64,000 nt of DNA from Arenicellales bacterium (GTDB lineage Bacteria > Pseudomonadota > Gammaproteobacteria > Arenicellales > Poriferihabitantaceae): assembly GCA_963693025.1 (NCBI GenBank), contig OY843749.1, forward strand, positions 2,711,208 to 2,775,207. The letters are read 5' to 3'. Below, piece after piece: positions 29,496-39,616 of this stretch (the stretch's first letter is position 1; every line of letters starts with the position of its first letter). The translations under genes were made by a program, and so were the position numbers. Below the pieces are notes generated by a model. It had not been told where the DNA came from and ran no database searches. It saw only the letters and a list, made by a program, of their open reading frames with translations.

Positions 29496-30862
29496 CCATT
29501 TTCACCGGCGACAATCTGCCGATTCTGCGCGGTATGGACAGCGCGAGCGTGGATTTGATTTACCTAGACCCGCCGTTCAACTCCAACCGCCACTATTCGG
29601 CGCCCATCGGCAGCAAGGCGGCGGGCGCCGAGTTTAAGGACACTTGGACGCTGGAGGACACCGATGATGCGTGGTGGGGCGAGTTGGCGGACGCGCATCC
29701 GGCGCTCTACCGGGTAATCGATGCCGCCGGCGCATCCGGCGGCAAGGGCGACAAAGCGTATTGCATTTATATGGCGGTGCGTTTGCTGGAGATGCACCGC
29801 GTGTTGAAATCCACCGGCTCGCTTTACTTGCATTGCGACCCGACCATGAGCCACGCGTTGAAGTTGCTGCTGGATGCAATTTTTGGCGCGCGGAATTTCA
29901 TCAACGAGATTACTTGGAAACGCTATGCGGTGCACAGTTTGGCCACAACCGGTTTCGACACGGTGTCCGACATCTTGCTGTTTTTTTCCAAAAATAAAAA
30001 AGAGATTTCCTTCACCAATGTATTTTCTTCAAGAGACAACGCCGAGATGAAGAAACAGTTTCCGCTGGTTGAGCCGGAAACAAAACGGCGGTTTCAACAT
30101 GTCGCGCTGGAGCAATCGTCCAATCAATCAAGCGCCTTTGAGACTCGAATCATCCAAGGCAAACGAGTTGTCAGCGATCTCGGATGGCGGTGGACGCAAC
30201 AAACTTTCGACAAGCGTCTGGCAAAAAACCCGCATCTGATTTACTGGACGAGGACGGGTCGGCCACGATACAAACTATACGCCGACCAATACAAAGGCAA
30301 ACCGGTCGGCAACATTTGGACGGACATCGCATACTTGTCGACGGGCAATGCCGAACGGCTCGGCTATCCGACGCAGAAACCGCTCAAACTTTTGCAGCGC
30401 ATCGTCCAAGCCAGCAGCAACAAAGGCGATGTCGTGCTCGATCCGTTTTGCGGTTGCGCCACCGCTTGCCTGGCGGCGGAAAGTTTGCAGCGGCAATGGA
30501 TTGGCATCGACATATCACCGAAGGCGTTTGAGTTGATTAATGTGCGCTTGAAAAAAGAGTTGGGCGGCATTTTCTCGCAGGTCATTCACCGCACCGACAT
30601 TCCGGCGCGCATCGGCGGCAAACGCTCGAAAGACATCAAACATATTTTGTTCGGCAAGCAGGAGGGCTTGTGTAACGGTTGCCGGTCGGCATTTGAGTTT
30701 CGCAACTTTGAAATTGACCACATCGTGCCGAAAGACGCCGGCGGCGCGGATGACGACCACAACTTGCAGTTGCTGTGCGGGTGGTGCAACCGCAAGAAAG
30801 GCAAGCGCTCAATGGAATATCTAAAAGCGGAGTTAATACGGGACGGAATTTTATCCAAGTAA
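29480..30862 (+). CDS. Amino (N6/N4) DNA methyltransferase, beta class, fused to a C-terminal HNH endonuclease
   Basis: IYLDPPFN (motif IV) precedes YPTQKP and DPFCGCAT (motif I); C-terminal CNGC...IDHIVP...GG...NLQLLCGWCN.KK. Confidence 0.88.
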   Translation: MIKPSTIFTGDNLPILRGMDSASVDLIYLDPPFNSNRHYSAPIGSKAAGAEFKDTWTLEDTDDAWWGELADAHPALYRVIDAAGASGGKGDKAYCIYMAVRLLEMHRVLKSTGSLYLHCDPTMSHALKLLLDAIFGARNFINEITWKRYAVHSLATTGFDTVSDILLFFSKNKKEISFTNVFSSRDNAEMKKQFPLVEPETKRRFQHVALEQSSNQSSAFETRIIQGKRVVSDLGWRWTQQTFDKRLAKNPHLIYWTRTGRPRYKLYADQYKGKPVGNIWTDIAYLSTGNAERLGYPTQKPLKLLQRIVQASSNKGDVVLDPFCGCATACLAAESLQRQWIGIDISPKAFELINVRLKKELGGIFSQVIHRTDIPARIGGKRSKDIKHILFGKQEGLCNGCRSAFEFRNFEIDHIVPKDAGGADDDHNLQLLCGWCNRKKGKRSMEYLKAELIRDGILSK

Positions 30863-30903
30863 GAACCGATTCTTTCACGCGCGCACAACCAATGAGGTGC
30901 AAC

Positions 30904-33552
30904 ATGGCTGACCAAGACCCACATCACGACATAGACCAAGCTGCGCTCGATGAGATGGTGGCTTCGACCGATTCCGGTGCGCGGCATCCGGCTGGGGCGG
31001 TTGGCGTGTGGTTGGCGTGGACCGCGTTTGCGTGGTCGGCGTTTCAACTGTGGATTGCCTCGCCGTTGCCGTATATGGTGAGCGATTTTCTGCCGGTGTT
31101 GAACAACACCGACACGCGCTCGATTCATCTCGCCTTCGGGCTGTTGCTGGCGTTCCTCGCTTATCCGGCGCTCAAGTCGTCGCCACGCGAGCGCATTCCG
31201 GCGCAGGACTGGGCGCTGGCAGGGCTCGGGGTTTGTGCGGCGATGTATTTGTCGGTGCTCGCGGTGCAACTCGCCGAGCGCCCCGGCTTGCCGACCACGA
31301 TGGACTTGATCATCGCCCCCATCGGGCTGGCGCTGGTGCTGGAAGGCGCGCGGCGGGCGCTCGGCGCGCCGTTGATGATCATCGCCGGCATCTTCCTGTT
31401 GTATGTGTTCTTCGGGCATCTCGCGCCGGATGTCATCGCCTGGAAAGGCGCGAGTTACGGCAAGGCGATGTCGCATATGTGGCTCACCCAGGAGGGCGTG
31501 TTCGGCGTGGCGCTGGGGGTGTCCGCCTCGATGGTGTTCCTGTTCGTGCTGTTCGGCTCGCTGCTGGAGCGCGCCGGCGCCGGCAACTATTTTATTTGGG
31601 TGGCGTTTTCGCTGCTGGGACACATGCGCGGCGGACCCGCCAAGGCGGCGGTGGTGTCGTCCGGGCTGACCGGGCTGGTGTCCGGCTCATCCATCGCCAA
31701 CGTGGTGACCACCGGCACCTTCACCATCCCGCTGATGAAACGCGTCGGCTTCCCGGCGGAGAAAGCCGGCGCGGTCGAGGTCGCTTCGTCAACCAACGGG
31801 CAGTTGACCCCGCCGGTCATGGGCGCGGCGGCCTTTTTGATGATTGAATTCGTCGGCATCTCTTATATCGAAGTGATTAAGCACGCCTTCCTGCCGGCGA
31901 TTATTTCCTACATCGCGCTGGTTTATATCGTTCATTTGGAAGCGTGCAAGGCGGGGCTCAAGGGCTTGCCGAAACCGCAAGTCACCACCTGGCGGCAAGC
32001 GGCGCTGGCGCTGGTGGTCAACGTGCTCGGCATCATCATCCTCTCCGGCGTCTGCTATTACTTCTTCAACGGTCTCAAAGGTTTCGCCGGCGCCTACACC
32101 TTCTGGGCGGCCTCGGCGATCATTCTGGCGGTGTATGTCGGCTTGGTTGCATACGCCACGCGCTTCCCGGAACTCGGGCACAGCGACAAAATCGACAAAC
32201 TGCCGCCCTCCGCTCCCATCATCAAAGCCGGTTTGTATTACCTGCTGCCGGTGGTGGTGTTGATTTGGTGTCTGACCGTCGAGCGCCTTTCGCCGGGGCT
32301 GTCGGCGTTCTATGCGTCGTTGCTGATGGTCGTCATCCTGCTCACCCACAAGCCGCTCAAGGCGTTGGTCAGAAAACGGCACGCCGGTGCGCAGGGGGCG
32401 GCGCCTAATCTTGACGCGCAAGACGACGACGCACTCAACATCGGCGCGCAAGCCATCGAGGGTTTGGCTGATTTGAAAGACGGCATGATTAACGGCGCGC
32501 GCAACATGATAGGCATCTCGGTCGCCACCGCCTGCGCCGGCATCATCCTCGGCACCGTGACGCTGACCGGCATCGGCCTCGTGATGGCAGAGTTCGTGGA
32601 ATTCATCTCCGCCGGCAACCTGATGTTGATGCTGTTGTTCACCGCCATCATCAGTTTGATTCTCGGCATGGGGCTGCCGACCACCGCCAACTACATCGTG
32701 GTCTCATCGCTGATGGCGCCGGTCATCGTGTCGGTCGGCGCCTCCAACGGGCTCATCGTGCCGCTCATCGCCGTGCATCTGTTCGTGTTCTACTTCGGCA
32801 TCCTCGCCGACGACACGCCGCCGGTCGGCTTGGCTGCATACGCCGCCGCCGCCATCTCCGGCGGCGACCCGATAAGGACCGGCATTCAGGGTTTCACCTA
32901 CGACATCCGCACCGCGATTCTGCCGTTCCTCTTCATCTTCAACACCGAATTGCTGATGGTCGGCATCGAAAGTTGGATTCACCTGTTGCTGGTGGTGACC
33001 TCGGCAACCGCCGCCATGCTGTTGTTCGCCTCCGCCACCCAGGGATTTTTCCTGACGCGCACCAAAGCGTGGGAAACCGCCGCGCTGCTGCTCATCTCCT
33101 TCACCTTTTTCAGGCCCGGCTTCTGGATGGACCAAATCTATCCGCCGCTGGAAAAAGTCGAAGCGAGCAAAATCTACGACGTGGTCGAAGCCATGCCGGT
33201 CAACTCGCTGGTGCGCGTGCACGTCGTCGGCGAAACGCTGGAAGGCGACCTGGTAGATAAAGTCGTGATGCTCCCACTCGGCCCCGCCGGCAACGGCGCA
33301 CAACGGCTGGCAACCTCCGCCGGCTTAGAACTGCGCGAAGAAGACGGCAAACTCCTGGTAGACAACCTAACCTTCGGCGGCCCCGCCGAGCGCCAACAAA
33401 TAGACTTCGACTGGGAAATAGCCGACCTCCAACGCAAAACCAACCGCCCCTCCAAACAATGGTTCTTCCTACCGGCGCTTGGGTTGCTGGGGTTGGTCGT
33501 CTTGCTGCAACGGCGGCGGCGGGATGCTGTTGCCGGCGAATCGATATCTTGA
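30904..33552 (+). CDS. TRAP transporter fused permease (4TM/12TM, TAXI partner)
   Basis: GGPAKAAV, SGSSIANV, GQLTPPVMGAAAF, GMGLPTTANY, DTPPV; ATG at 30904. Confidence 0.92.
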   Translation: MADQDPHHDIDQAALDEMVASTDSGARHPAGAVGVWLAWTAFAWSAFQLWIASPLPYMVSDFLPVLNNTDTRSIHLAFGLLLAFLAYPALKSSPRERIPAQDWALAGLGVCAAMYLSVLAVQLAERPGLPTTMDLIIAPIGLALVLEGARRALGAPLMIIAGIFLLYVFFGHLAPDVIAWKGASYGKAMSHMWLTQEGVFGVALGVSASMVFLFVLFGSLLERAGAGNYFIWVAFSLLGHMRGGPAKAAVVSSGLTGLVSGSSIANVVTTGTFTIPLMKRVGFPAEKAGAVEVASSTNGQLTPPVMGAAAFLMIEFVGISYIEVIKHAFLPAIISYIALVYIVHLEACKAGLKGLPKPQVTTWRQAALALVVNVLGIIILSGVCYYFFNGLKGFAGAYTFWAASAIILAVYVGLVAYATRFPELGHSDKIDKLPPSAPIIKAGLYYLLPVVVLIWCLTVERLSPGLSAFYASLLMVVILLTHKPLKALVRKRHAGAQGAAPNLDAQDDDALNIGAQAIEGLADLKDGMINGARNMIGISVATACAGIILGTVTLTGIGLVMAEFVEFISAGNLMLMLLFTAIISLILGMGLPTTANYIVVSSLMAPVIVSVGASNGLIVPLIAVHLFVFYFGILADDTPPVGLAAYAAAAISGGDPIRTGIQGFTYDIRTAILPFLFIFNTELLMVGIESWIHLLLVVTSATAAMLLFASATQGFFLTRTKAWETAALLLISFTFFRPGFWMDQIYPPLEKVEASKIYDVVEAMPVNSLVRVHVVGETLEGDLVDKVVMLPLGPAGNGAQRLATSAGLELREEDGKLLVDNLTFGGPAERQQIDFDWEIADLQRKTNRPSKQWFFLPALGLLGLVVLLQRRRRDAVAGESIS

Positions 33553-33583
33553 TTTTTCGTACGATACAAAAATCTCTACCACC

Positions 33584-33804
33584 CGTCATTCCCACCTACT
33601 TCGTCATTCTCGAGCGTTAGTGTCCGTTGCCGCCGCGCCTTTTCTTTTAAGCGGCGGCTTATCGGACACTTACGACCTCGGGAATCTCCCTAAGACTGGC
33701 ACGGGCTTTGTTGAAATTCACGGTAGCCTTAGGGAGATTCCCGAAGGCGATGAAAAATATGGTCGCCTGTCGGCTCCCTATTTTTCTATCGTTCGAGAAT
33801 GACG
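33584..33804. repeat. REP-like repeat cluster 10 (single full unit)
   Basis: Canonical ~200-bp unit. Confidence 0.95.
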
Positions 33805-33846
33805 AGTTGTAGGTATTTTCCCCAATACCCGCACCCCCAATCAAAC

Positions 33847-34512
33847 TCAATCATTATCATGCAACCCCGCCCCCGCCCCGGCGAGGCGTGATGCTTCGGT
33901 GGCTTCTACATATGTGCGGCGGGCGTGGTGGTTTAGGCGGGTCCAGGCTTTGGGGGCGAGGGTTACTTCGCCGATGTGGGGGGTGTGGCGTTGGCTTGGG
34001 GGGGCGTGCGGCGGGGGGGCTTGGTGGCAGCGTAGGAACTTGGCGGTTTGGGTTTGTAGGGCGGTTTGGGTTGCCGTTAGCCATAGTTCGCCGCGGCGGC
34101 AGTGCAGGGTGACTTGGGGCCAGTCCAGCGTGAAGGCGAGGTCTTCGATTTCCGCCAGATTGCCGATGAAGCCGGCGGCCAGCAGCGGGTGGGCGATGGC
34201 GGCGGTCTCGATTGGCGCGCCGTTGGCTGACTCGATGCAGTCGCCGAGCGTGGCGCCCGTCACCAGCGGGTCGAGCGTCCCGCCCGGCGCCCGCCAGATG
34301 TCCGCCCGCCCGACCGACTGCGGCGCCAGCGCCGGGTAGTCGTAATCAGCGCGGCGGTCGAGCCAATCCGCCAGCGCCGGCGCGCCATTCAAGCCATAGG
34401 TGTGCAGCCAGCGCACCGCCCTGCCGACATCGTCCGCCAGCCCCCAGGGCAGCCCGGCGCCGCGCGCGGCTTTGCGCGATGTCTGGTCGATTTGATTGAG
34501 CGAAACCGTCAC
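33847..34512 (-). CDS. DUF3726-like protein
   Basis: SLNQI....RKAARGAGLPWGLA N-terminus; RTYVEATEASRLAGAGAG..DND C-terminus. Confidence 0.7.
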   Translation of the reverse strand: MTVSLNQIDQTSRKAARGAGLPWGLADDVGRAVRWLHTYGLNGAPALADWLDRRADYDYPALAPQSVGRADIWRAPGGTLDPLVTGATLGDCIESANGAPIETAAIAHPLLAAGFIGNLAEIEDLAFTLDWPQVTLHCRRGELWLTATQTALQTQTAKFLRCHQAPPPHAPPSQRHTPHIGEVTLAPKAWTRLNHHARRTYVEATEASRLAGAGAGLHDND

Positions 34513-36245
34513 CCGTCGGTGCGCCCGCGCGCTGAGTCCAAGGGCGGATAGATCCAGTCGTCGGCGTCCATTTGCGCGAGTTCGTCGGGCAGCGGCGCGT
34601 GCTGGTACATCGTGATTCTGACCCAGCGGTCCGACTTCGGGTCGAATTGATTCGCGCCGAAAAACGACAGTTTGCAGCGCAACAGGTCGAGCGGTCGCAG
34701 GCGCGCGCTAATCAGGTTGTCGCGGATTTCGCCATACGGCAGGCGCGCCACCAGTTGGATGCGCCGCACGGCGTGGCGGTGTTGCGGATGGGTCAGCAGG
34801 AATTCGGCCACCGTCCGCTCGCGGTCGTGGTCGGTTTGGGCGAGGCGGGCGAGGTCGGCGTACAGCGCGGCGATATCGCGCGCGAAGGCGAGCGGCAATT
34901 CCTTGTCCGCGCCGGCTTCGGCAAAACGCTCACCCAGCCGCGGCTCCAATTTTTCCTCCGAGACATACCAAAATCGCGCGCACTGCGAGCGCGCCGTGTA
35001 GTCGGTTTGCAGCGCCCACCGATAGCCGCTTTCGATTGCGCGCATCACCTCGGCGAGGCTCGCCTCTCCGCGAATGCGCCAGTAGCGCGACTCGTCGATT
35101 GCCATCTGCGCCGTCAAGTCATCAACGAGGTCGCCGTGCGGTTCCAGCGCCAGGGTCACGAGCAACTCCTGCCCCTCCGGCGAGAGCGCGCTTTGTGACC
35201 AATTGATGAGCGCATCCCAGGGCGCCGCCCGCTCGAGCGCGCGCCGCGCAACGCGGTCTGCGATTTGGCGCAAGTCGGCCTTGAGCGTCGCGATGCGCCG
35301 GCGCTGGCGGCGGTCGCCGGTGCGCCAGTTGTCCAGCCCGGCTTTCATACGCACGAGCAACTCGGCGAACTGCGCGCGCGCGGCGGACTCGGCGGCGGGC
35401 AATGCGCGCACGCGGGCGAGCGCGGTTTCCCTGGCGTGCATCCAGCGATGCACCAGCGACGGATGCTGCAGCAGAAACGGCGCCATGCCGAGACCCGTGG
35501 CGTTGCCCACGCCCAGCCGGCGCGCCAAATCGCGGTCCAGTTTCACCGCCGTGTCCGGCGCCGCCACGCGCGCGAGGTGCTCGGCGATGTCGATGGTGAA
35601 CCAGCGAATTAGCCACACCGCCAGCAACTCGGCGCGAAAGGGCGCTTCGAACTCGGGGCGCGCGGCGATTCGCTCGCGGTCGCTCAGTCCGAATTTGCCG
35701 TTGCCATAGACCGCCGTGGTGCGCATCAGATAGCCGCTGCGCTCGAGCAATTCGCGCTCCGGTTGCACGCCCCGCGCAAGCCGCTCGACCAGATGCCCGA
35801 ACAGCCGGACGCTACGGTTGGCGCGCGCCAGCACCACCTCGCTTTGCCGGTAGCGCCCCGCCTCCTGCTTCGGCACGTTGTCCGCCAAGCGGGCGATTTC
35901 GCGCGCATCCGGCGCCCCGTCATAGAGCGCGAAGGTGGCGTCCCACGCCTCGGCGATGACGCGGTCGGAGCGCGCTTTGGCGGGCAAATCGTGGGCGAAA
36001 CACACCAGCGTATAGCGGTGCTGCGGGCCCTGCGCGCCATACAACGCCAGCCCGGTGCCGCGCGCATCCACCTGCCAGCGCGTGCGCTCAAACCGCCAGC
36101 CCTCGCGCTTCAGGTCGCGCAACAGGGCGCGCATAAAACTCAGGCGGGTTTGGTGAAAACTCCCCATGCGCGCCAGCCGCATCACCTGCGCCGGCGGACG
36201 AAGCGCGAGCGGGGCTTCCGTGGCGGTGGTGGTGGTCGTTTTCAT
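34509..36245 (-). CDS. Conserved hypothetical protein, translationally coupled to the DUF3726-like gene
   Basis: ~578-aa ORF with typical codon usage and motif-like blocks (GYLMRTTAVYGNGKFG, GNATGLGMAPFL, FWYVSEEKLEPRLG); 4-bp overlap. Confidence 0.7.
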   Translation of the reverse strand: MKTTTTTATEAPLALRPPAQVMRLARMGSFHQTRLSFMRALLRDLKREGWRFERTRWQVDARGTGLALYGAQGPQHRYTLVCFAHDLPAKARSDRVIAEAWDATFALYDGAPDAREIARLADNVPKQEAGRYRQSEVVLARANRSVRLFGHLVERLARGVQPERELLERSGYLMRTTAVYGNGKFGLSDRERIAARPEFEAPFRAELLAVWLIRWFTIDIAEHLARVAAPDTAVKLDRDLARRLGVGNATGLGMAPFLLQHPSLVHRWMHARETALARVRALPAAESAARAQFAELLVRMKAGLDNWRTGDRRQRRRIATLKADLRQIADRVARRALERAAPWDALINWSQSALSPEGQELLVTLALEPHGDLVDDLTAQMAIDESRYWRIRGEASLAEVMRAIESGYRWALQTDYTARSQCARFWYVSEEKLEPRLGERFAEAGADKELPLAFARDIAALYADLARLAQTDHDRERTVAEFLLTHPQHRHAVRRIQLVARLPYGEIRDNLISARLRPLDLLRCKLSFFGANQFDPKSDRWVRITMYQHAPLPDELAQMDADDWIYPPLDSARGRTDG

Positions 36246-36337
36246 TTGAGCCGGAATCGTCAAGTTTGTCGTGAACGATGCGCAAGTGTATGCGATACGG
36301 CTTTGCTGCGGGCGCGATGGGCGCGGGGAAGCGAAGC

Positions 36338-36674
36338 GGGAGCCGGCCGATAAGCCGGGTTCTGTCGTGAACAGTTATTCATCTGGGACATCCGTCACCG
36401 AATGCCTCTAGCAACCTACCCGGATCCAGCGAGGGCGCGCAAAGGATCCCTATTTGGTCTTGCTCCAGGCGGGGTTTGCCCTGCCGCCACTGTTGCCAGC
36501 GACGCGGTGCGCTCTTACCGCACCATTTCACCCTTACCCCAAACGGGGCGGTATATTTTCTGTGGCACTTTCCGTCGGCTCGCGCCGCCCAGGAATTACC
36601 TGGCACCTTAGCCCAATGGAGCCCGGACTTTCCTCCCCGCCCCGAAAGACGAAGCAACTGCCTGGCCGACTCCC
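36338..36674 (-). ncRNA. rnpB: RNase P RNA (type A)
   Basis: Minus strand has GAGGAAAGUCCGGGCUC, AGUGCCACAGAAA, GGUGCGGUAAGAGCGCACC, GGAGCAAGACCAAAU, ACAGAACCCGGCUUA; complementary P1 ends. Confidence 0.97.
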
Positions 36675-36722
36675 GGTGGGAAGATAACTGATTGGGGTTT
36701 TGAATGCAACATTCCAAAACCT

Positions 36723-36964
36723 CGTCATTCTCGAACGGTAGAAAATAGGGAGCCCCCAACCCCGTCATTCTCGAACGATAGAAAAATAGGGAGCCGTTAG
36801 GCGACCATATTTTTCATCGCCTTCGGGAATCTCCCTAAGGTTACCGTGAATTTCAACAAAGCCCGTGCCAACCTTAGGGAGATTCCCGAGGACGCAAGTG
36901 TCCGTAAGCCGCCGCTTAAAAGAAAAAGCGCGGCGGCAACGGACACTAACGCTCGAGAATGACG
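36723..36964. repeat. REP-like repeat cluster 11
   Basis: Full unit in minus orientation with partial duplicate end. Confidence 0.95.
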
Positions 36965-36976
36965 GGTGGCTACCCC

Positions 36977-37006
36977 AAAAAAAAAGGGCGATCTAGACGA
37001 TCGCCC
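36977..37006 (-). terminator. Rho-independent terminator of the DUF1127 transcript
   Basis: Minus-strand GGGCGATC-GTCTA-GATCGCCC followed by T9. Confidence 0.75.
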
Positions 37007-37037
37007 GAAACAAACACCAACGGAGGATGAAACGCTG

Positions 37038-37322
37038 TCAGGCCGCTTTTTTTACCCTGGGGGTGGTGGCGGCTTTGGGGTTTAGTTTCAGTATCTCGGA
37101 ATGGGTGGAGTGCTTGACCGCTTCTGCGATTTGGTAGCGCTCGATGCCGATGTCGCGCAGCAGGGCGTCGGGCATGGCGCTCAATTCGCGGATGGCGACG
37201 CGGCGGTTGTTCCAATGTTTCAGCGCGGCCCAGGCTCGGGAAAGCGGGGCGATGGAAAAGCGCGCCGGTTGAAACCGGTTGTGTACGATGTTGCTGTCGG
37301 TTGCTGCGATATTCGTGTTCAT
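37038..37322 (-). CDS. DUF1127 (YjiS-like) small protein
   Basis: W..RR.AIRELSAMPDALLRDIGIERYQI signature. Confidence 0.85.
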   Translation of the reverse strand: MNTNIAATDSNIVHNRFQPARFSIAPLSRAWAALKHWNNRRVAIRELSAMPDALLRDIGIERYQIAEAVKHSTHSEILKLNPKAATTPRVKKAA

Positions 37323-37358
37323 GTCAGTTCTCTTCAGTTGAGTTCTCCGGTTTTCGTC

Positions 37359-37445
37359 TTACCCAATGACGACCATAATGACCGTCAGGATTGCCAGTGC
37401 GCCAATGTAGGCGCAGCCCACTTTGATCCACAATTCGTTTGCCAT
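37359..37445 (-). CDS. Putative 28-aa single-TM small protein
   Basis: Manual translation MANELWIKVGCAYIGALAILTVIMVVIG*; purine-rich GAGAG upstream; below ORF-track cutoff. Confidence 0.45.
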   Translation of the reverse strand: MANELWIKVGCAYIGALAILTVIMVVIG

Positions 37446-37564
37446 TTCTGCACTCTCATGTAAAATACGGCGTTGAAATTCGGTCGACAATTAACGCTGT
37501 TCATCGTCGGTGAAAGAAATATAGAGGGTGGGGGGCTTGAAAACAAACGAATTATGTTCATACT

Positions 37565-37584
37565 ATGAATGAGTATTTATTCAT
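37565..37584. promoter_or_regulatory. Candidate LysR operator palindrome in divergent promoter
   Basis: ATGAAT-N8-ATTCAT inverted repeat in the AT-rich intergenic region just upstream of the LysR gene. Confidence 0.4.
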
Positions 37585-37598
37585 AGGTGCAACACAAC

Positions 37599-38636
37599 AT
37601 GACTATTCGATTCCCGCCCATTTCCGCCCTGCGCGCGCTTGAAGCCGCCGCCCGGCATTTGAGTTTCACCCGCGCCGCCGAGGAGTTGTTCGTCACGCAG
37701 AGCGCGATTAGCCACCAAATCAAGCACGCCGAGGAGTTGTGGGGCGTGAAGTTGTTTGAGAAACGGGGGCGGCGCATCATCCTCACCGAGGCAGGGCACG
37801 CGCTCGTGCCGGTGATTCGCCACTTCATTCGCCGCATCACGCTCACGCTGGAAGACCTCAGCGAAAAAGCCGAGGGTCCGTCCGCGTTGCGCGTGACGCT
37901 GCTTCAATCGTTCGCTTTCAAGTGGCTGGTGCACCGCCTCGGGTATTTCAATCACGACTACCCGGAAATCGATGTATGGATTTCAACCACGGACAACCTG
38001 GTGGATTTCGATGCGAAAAACGCCGATGTCGGCATTCGGCTGGGCTACGGCAACTGGAACAATCTGCACGAAGAGTTGCTGTTGACCGAGTATGTTTTCC
38101 CGGTGTGCAGCCCGCATTTTTTGCGCGAGCATCCGGCGCTCGAAGCGCCCGCCGAGTTGCTCAAGTTGCCGTTGCTGCGGCGCAGCGTGATCGACATTTG
38201 CCCGCGCTGGCGGGACTGGTTCCGCGACGCCGGCGTGACGGTCAAGCGCATGCCCAAAGGCACCAAGTTCCCGCAGACCAGTTTGGCGATTCAAGGCGCC
38301 ATCGACCACCAGGGCGTCGCGCTGGCGCGCAGCGCGCACGTGCTCGACGACCTGAACGCGGGGCGGCTGGTGCGCCTGTTCCCCGAAGTGCTGAGCCGCT
38401 CGAGCGTGTCCTACTATTTCGTGTGCGTGCCGGACCGCGAAACCGAGCCGCAAATCGCCGCGTTCCGGGAGTGGCTGTTGCGCGAGGCGAGGAAGTCGCA
38501 GGCGGAGTTTGACTGGATGATGACGATGCCGAATCAGGAGTCGGTCGCGCTTCAAGCGGGGCGGTTGGCGATTACTTCAAGCCGCGCGCGCAGCGCCGGA
38601 AAAACGGCGTCGGTGGAGAGGTTGCCGAGGCAGTAG
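37599..38636 (+). CDS. LysR-family regulator (GcvA-like)
   Basis: LRALEAAARHLSFTRAAEELFVTQSAISHQIK HTH; 3' end overlaps the convergent GT9 gene by 85 bp. Confidence 0.9.
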   Translation: MTIRFPPISALRALEAAARHLSFTRAAEELFVTQSAISHQIKHAEELWGVKLFEKRGRRIILTEAGHALVPVIRHFIRRITLTLEDLSEKAEGPSALRVTLLQSFAFKWLVHRLGYFNHDYPEIDVWISTTDNLVDFDAKNADVGIRLGYGNWNNLHEELLLTEYVFPVCSPHFLREHPALEAPAELLKLPLLRRSVIDICPRWRDWFRDAGVTVKRMPKGTKFPQTSLAIQGAIDHQGVALARSAHVLDDLNAGRLVRLFPEVLSRSSVSYYFVCVPDRETEPQIAAFREWLLREARKSQAEFDWMMTMPNQESVALQAGRLAITSSRARSAGKTASVERLPRQ

Positions 38637-39616
38637 CGCCGGCAGGCGGGGCGGTCGCAGCGGTCGCAGTCCGGCGCGCGGATGACCGTGTGCTCTGCTT
38701 CGGTTTCGGTTCCGGTTCCGACTGCGGCGCCGGCGGGACCCACCTTGCGCTCGTCCGTGGGCGCGAACAGCGCGATGACCGGGGTGTGTTGCGCGCACGC
38801 GACGTGCATCGGGAAACTGTCGCCGCACAGCATCAGCCCGGCGCGCCCGACCAACTCGGCGAACTGCGGCAGCGACAGGCGTCCCGCGAGGTTGACCGCC
38901 CCATCGACGCCGCGACCGTGTGCCGCCAGCGCGCGCTCGATGCGCTGCCGCGATTCCGCGGCGCCGGTGAGCGCCACGACCACATCCCATTCGCGCTCGT
39001 CCGCGAGGCGCGCGGCGATTTCGATGTAGCGGCGCAGCGGCCAGTCCTTGGACTGCCATCGGGAGAACGGGCTGAACACCAGCAGCGGGCGGTTGCGCGG
39101 ATTGATTTGCGCGAGCAAGTCGTCTATGTGACGCCGCTCCGCCGCGCCGGTGAAAAATTCCATCGAGGTGTCGGTGACTTTCAGCCGCGCGCGCGCGAGC
39201 ACGCCGTCCATCTCGGCAATCGCGTGCAGCGCGGGATTGCGAAAGCGCATCAAGCCGGGCCAGTTGCCTTTCACGACCTTCGTGGCGGCGCGCGCGGCAT
39301 ACAGAAAAATCACCGAGCGCCCGAGCCCTTGCAAATCAAACGCCAGGTCGAAGCGTTGCGCGCGCGTTTGGGAGATGACGCCGGCGATGTGCCGGACGGT
39401 TCGCAGCGGGTGGCGCCACCATTCGCGCTTGACCCGGTCGCGGTCGAACAGGATGAGAGCATCCACGCGGGGGTTGTGGCGGTAGATGCCGGCGGAGCCG
39501 GTGGCGGTCAGCAGGGTCAGGCGGCAGTGCGGAAAGTTTTCCTTGATGGCTCGGATATGCCCGGTGGAATGCAGCACATCGCCGAGCGATGTTTGTTTGA
39601 TGACGAGGACATTCAT
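38552..39616 (-). CDS. Glycosyltransferase family 9 (LPS heptosyltransferase-like)
   Basis: SLGDVLH, DLQGL, KDWP, CGDSFPMHVA, LFAPT. Confidence 0.85.
   Translation of the reverse strand: MNVLVIKQTSLGDVLHSTGHIRAIKENFPHCRLTLLTATGSAGIYRHNPRVDALILFDRDRVKREWWRHPLRTVRHIAGVISQTRAQRFDLAFDLQGLGRSVIFLYAARAATKVVKGNWPGLMRFRNPALHAIAEMDGVLARARLKVTDTSMEFFTGAAERRHIDDLLAQINPRNRPLLVFSPFSRWQSKDWPLRRYIEIAARLADEREWDVVVALTGAAESRQRIERALAAHGRGVDGAVNLAGRLSLPQFAELVGRAGLMLCGDSFPMHVACAQHTPVIALFAPTDERKVGPAGAAVGTGTETEAEHTVIRAPDCDRCDRPACRRYCLGNLSTDAVFPALRARLEVIANRPA

Noticed and set aside
36379-36768. 129-aa ORF upstream of the hypothetical gene
   Set aside because: Overlaps the RNase P RNA and a repeat; non-coding.
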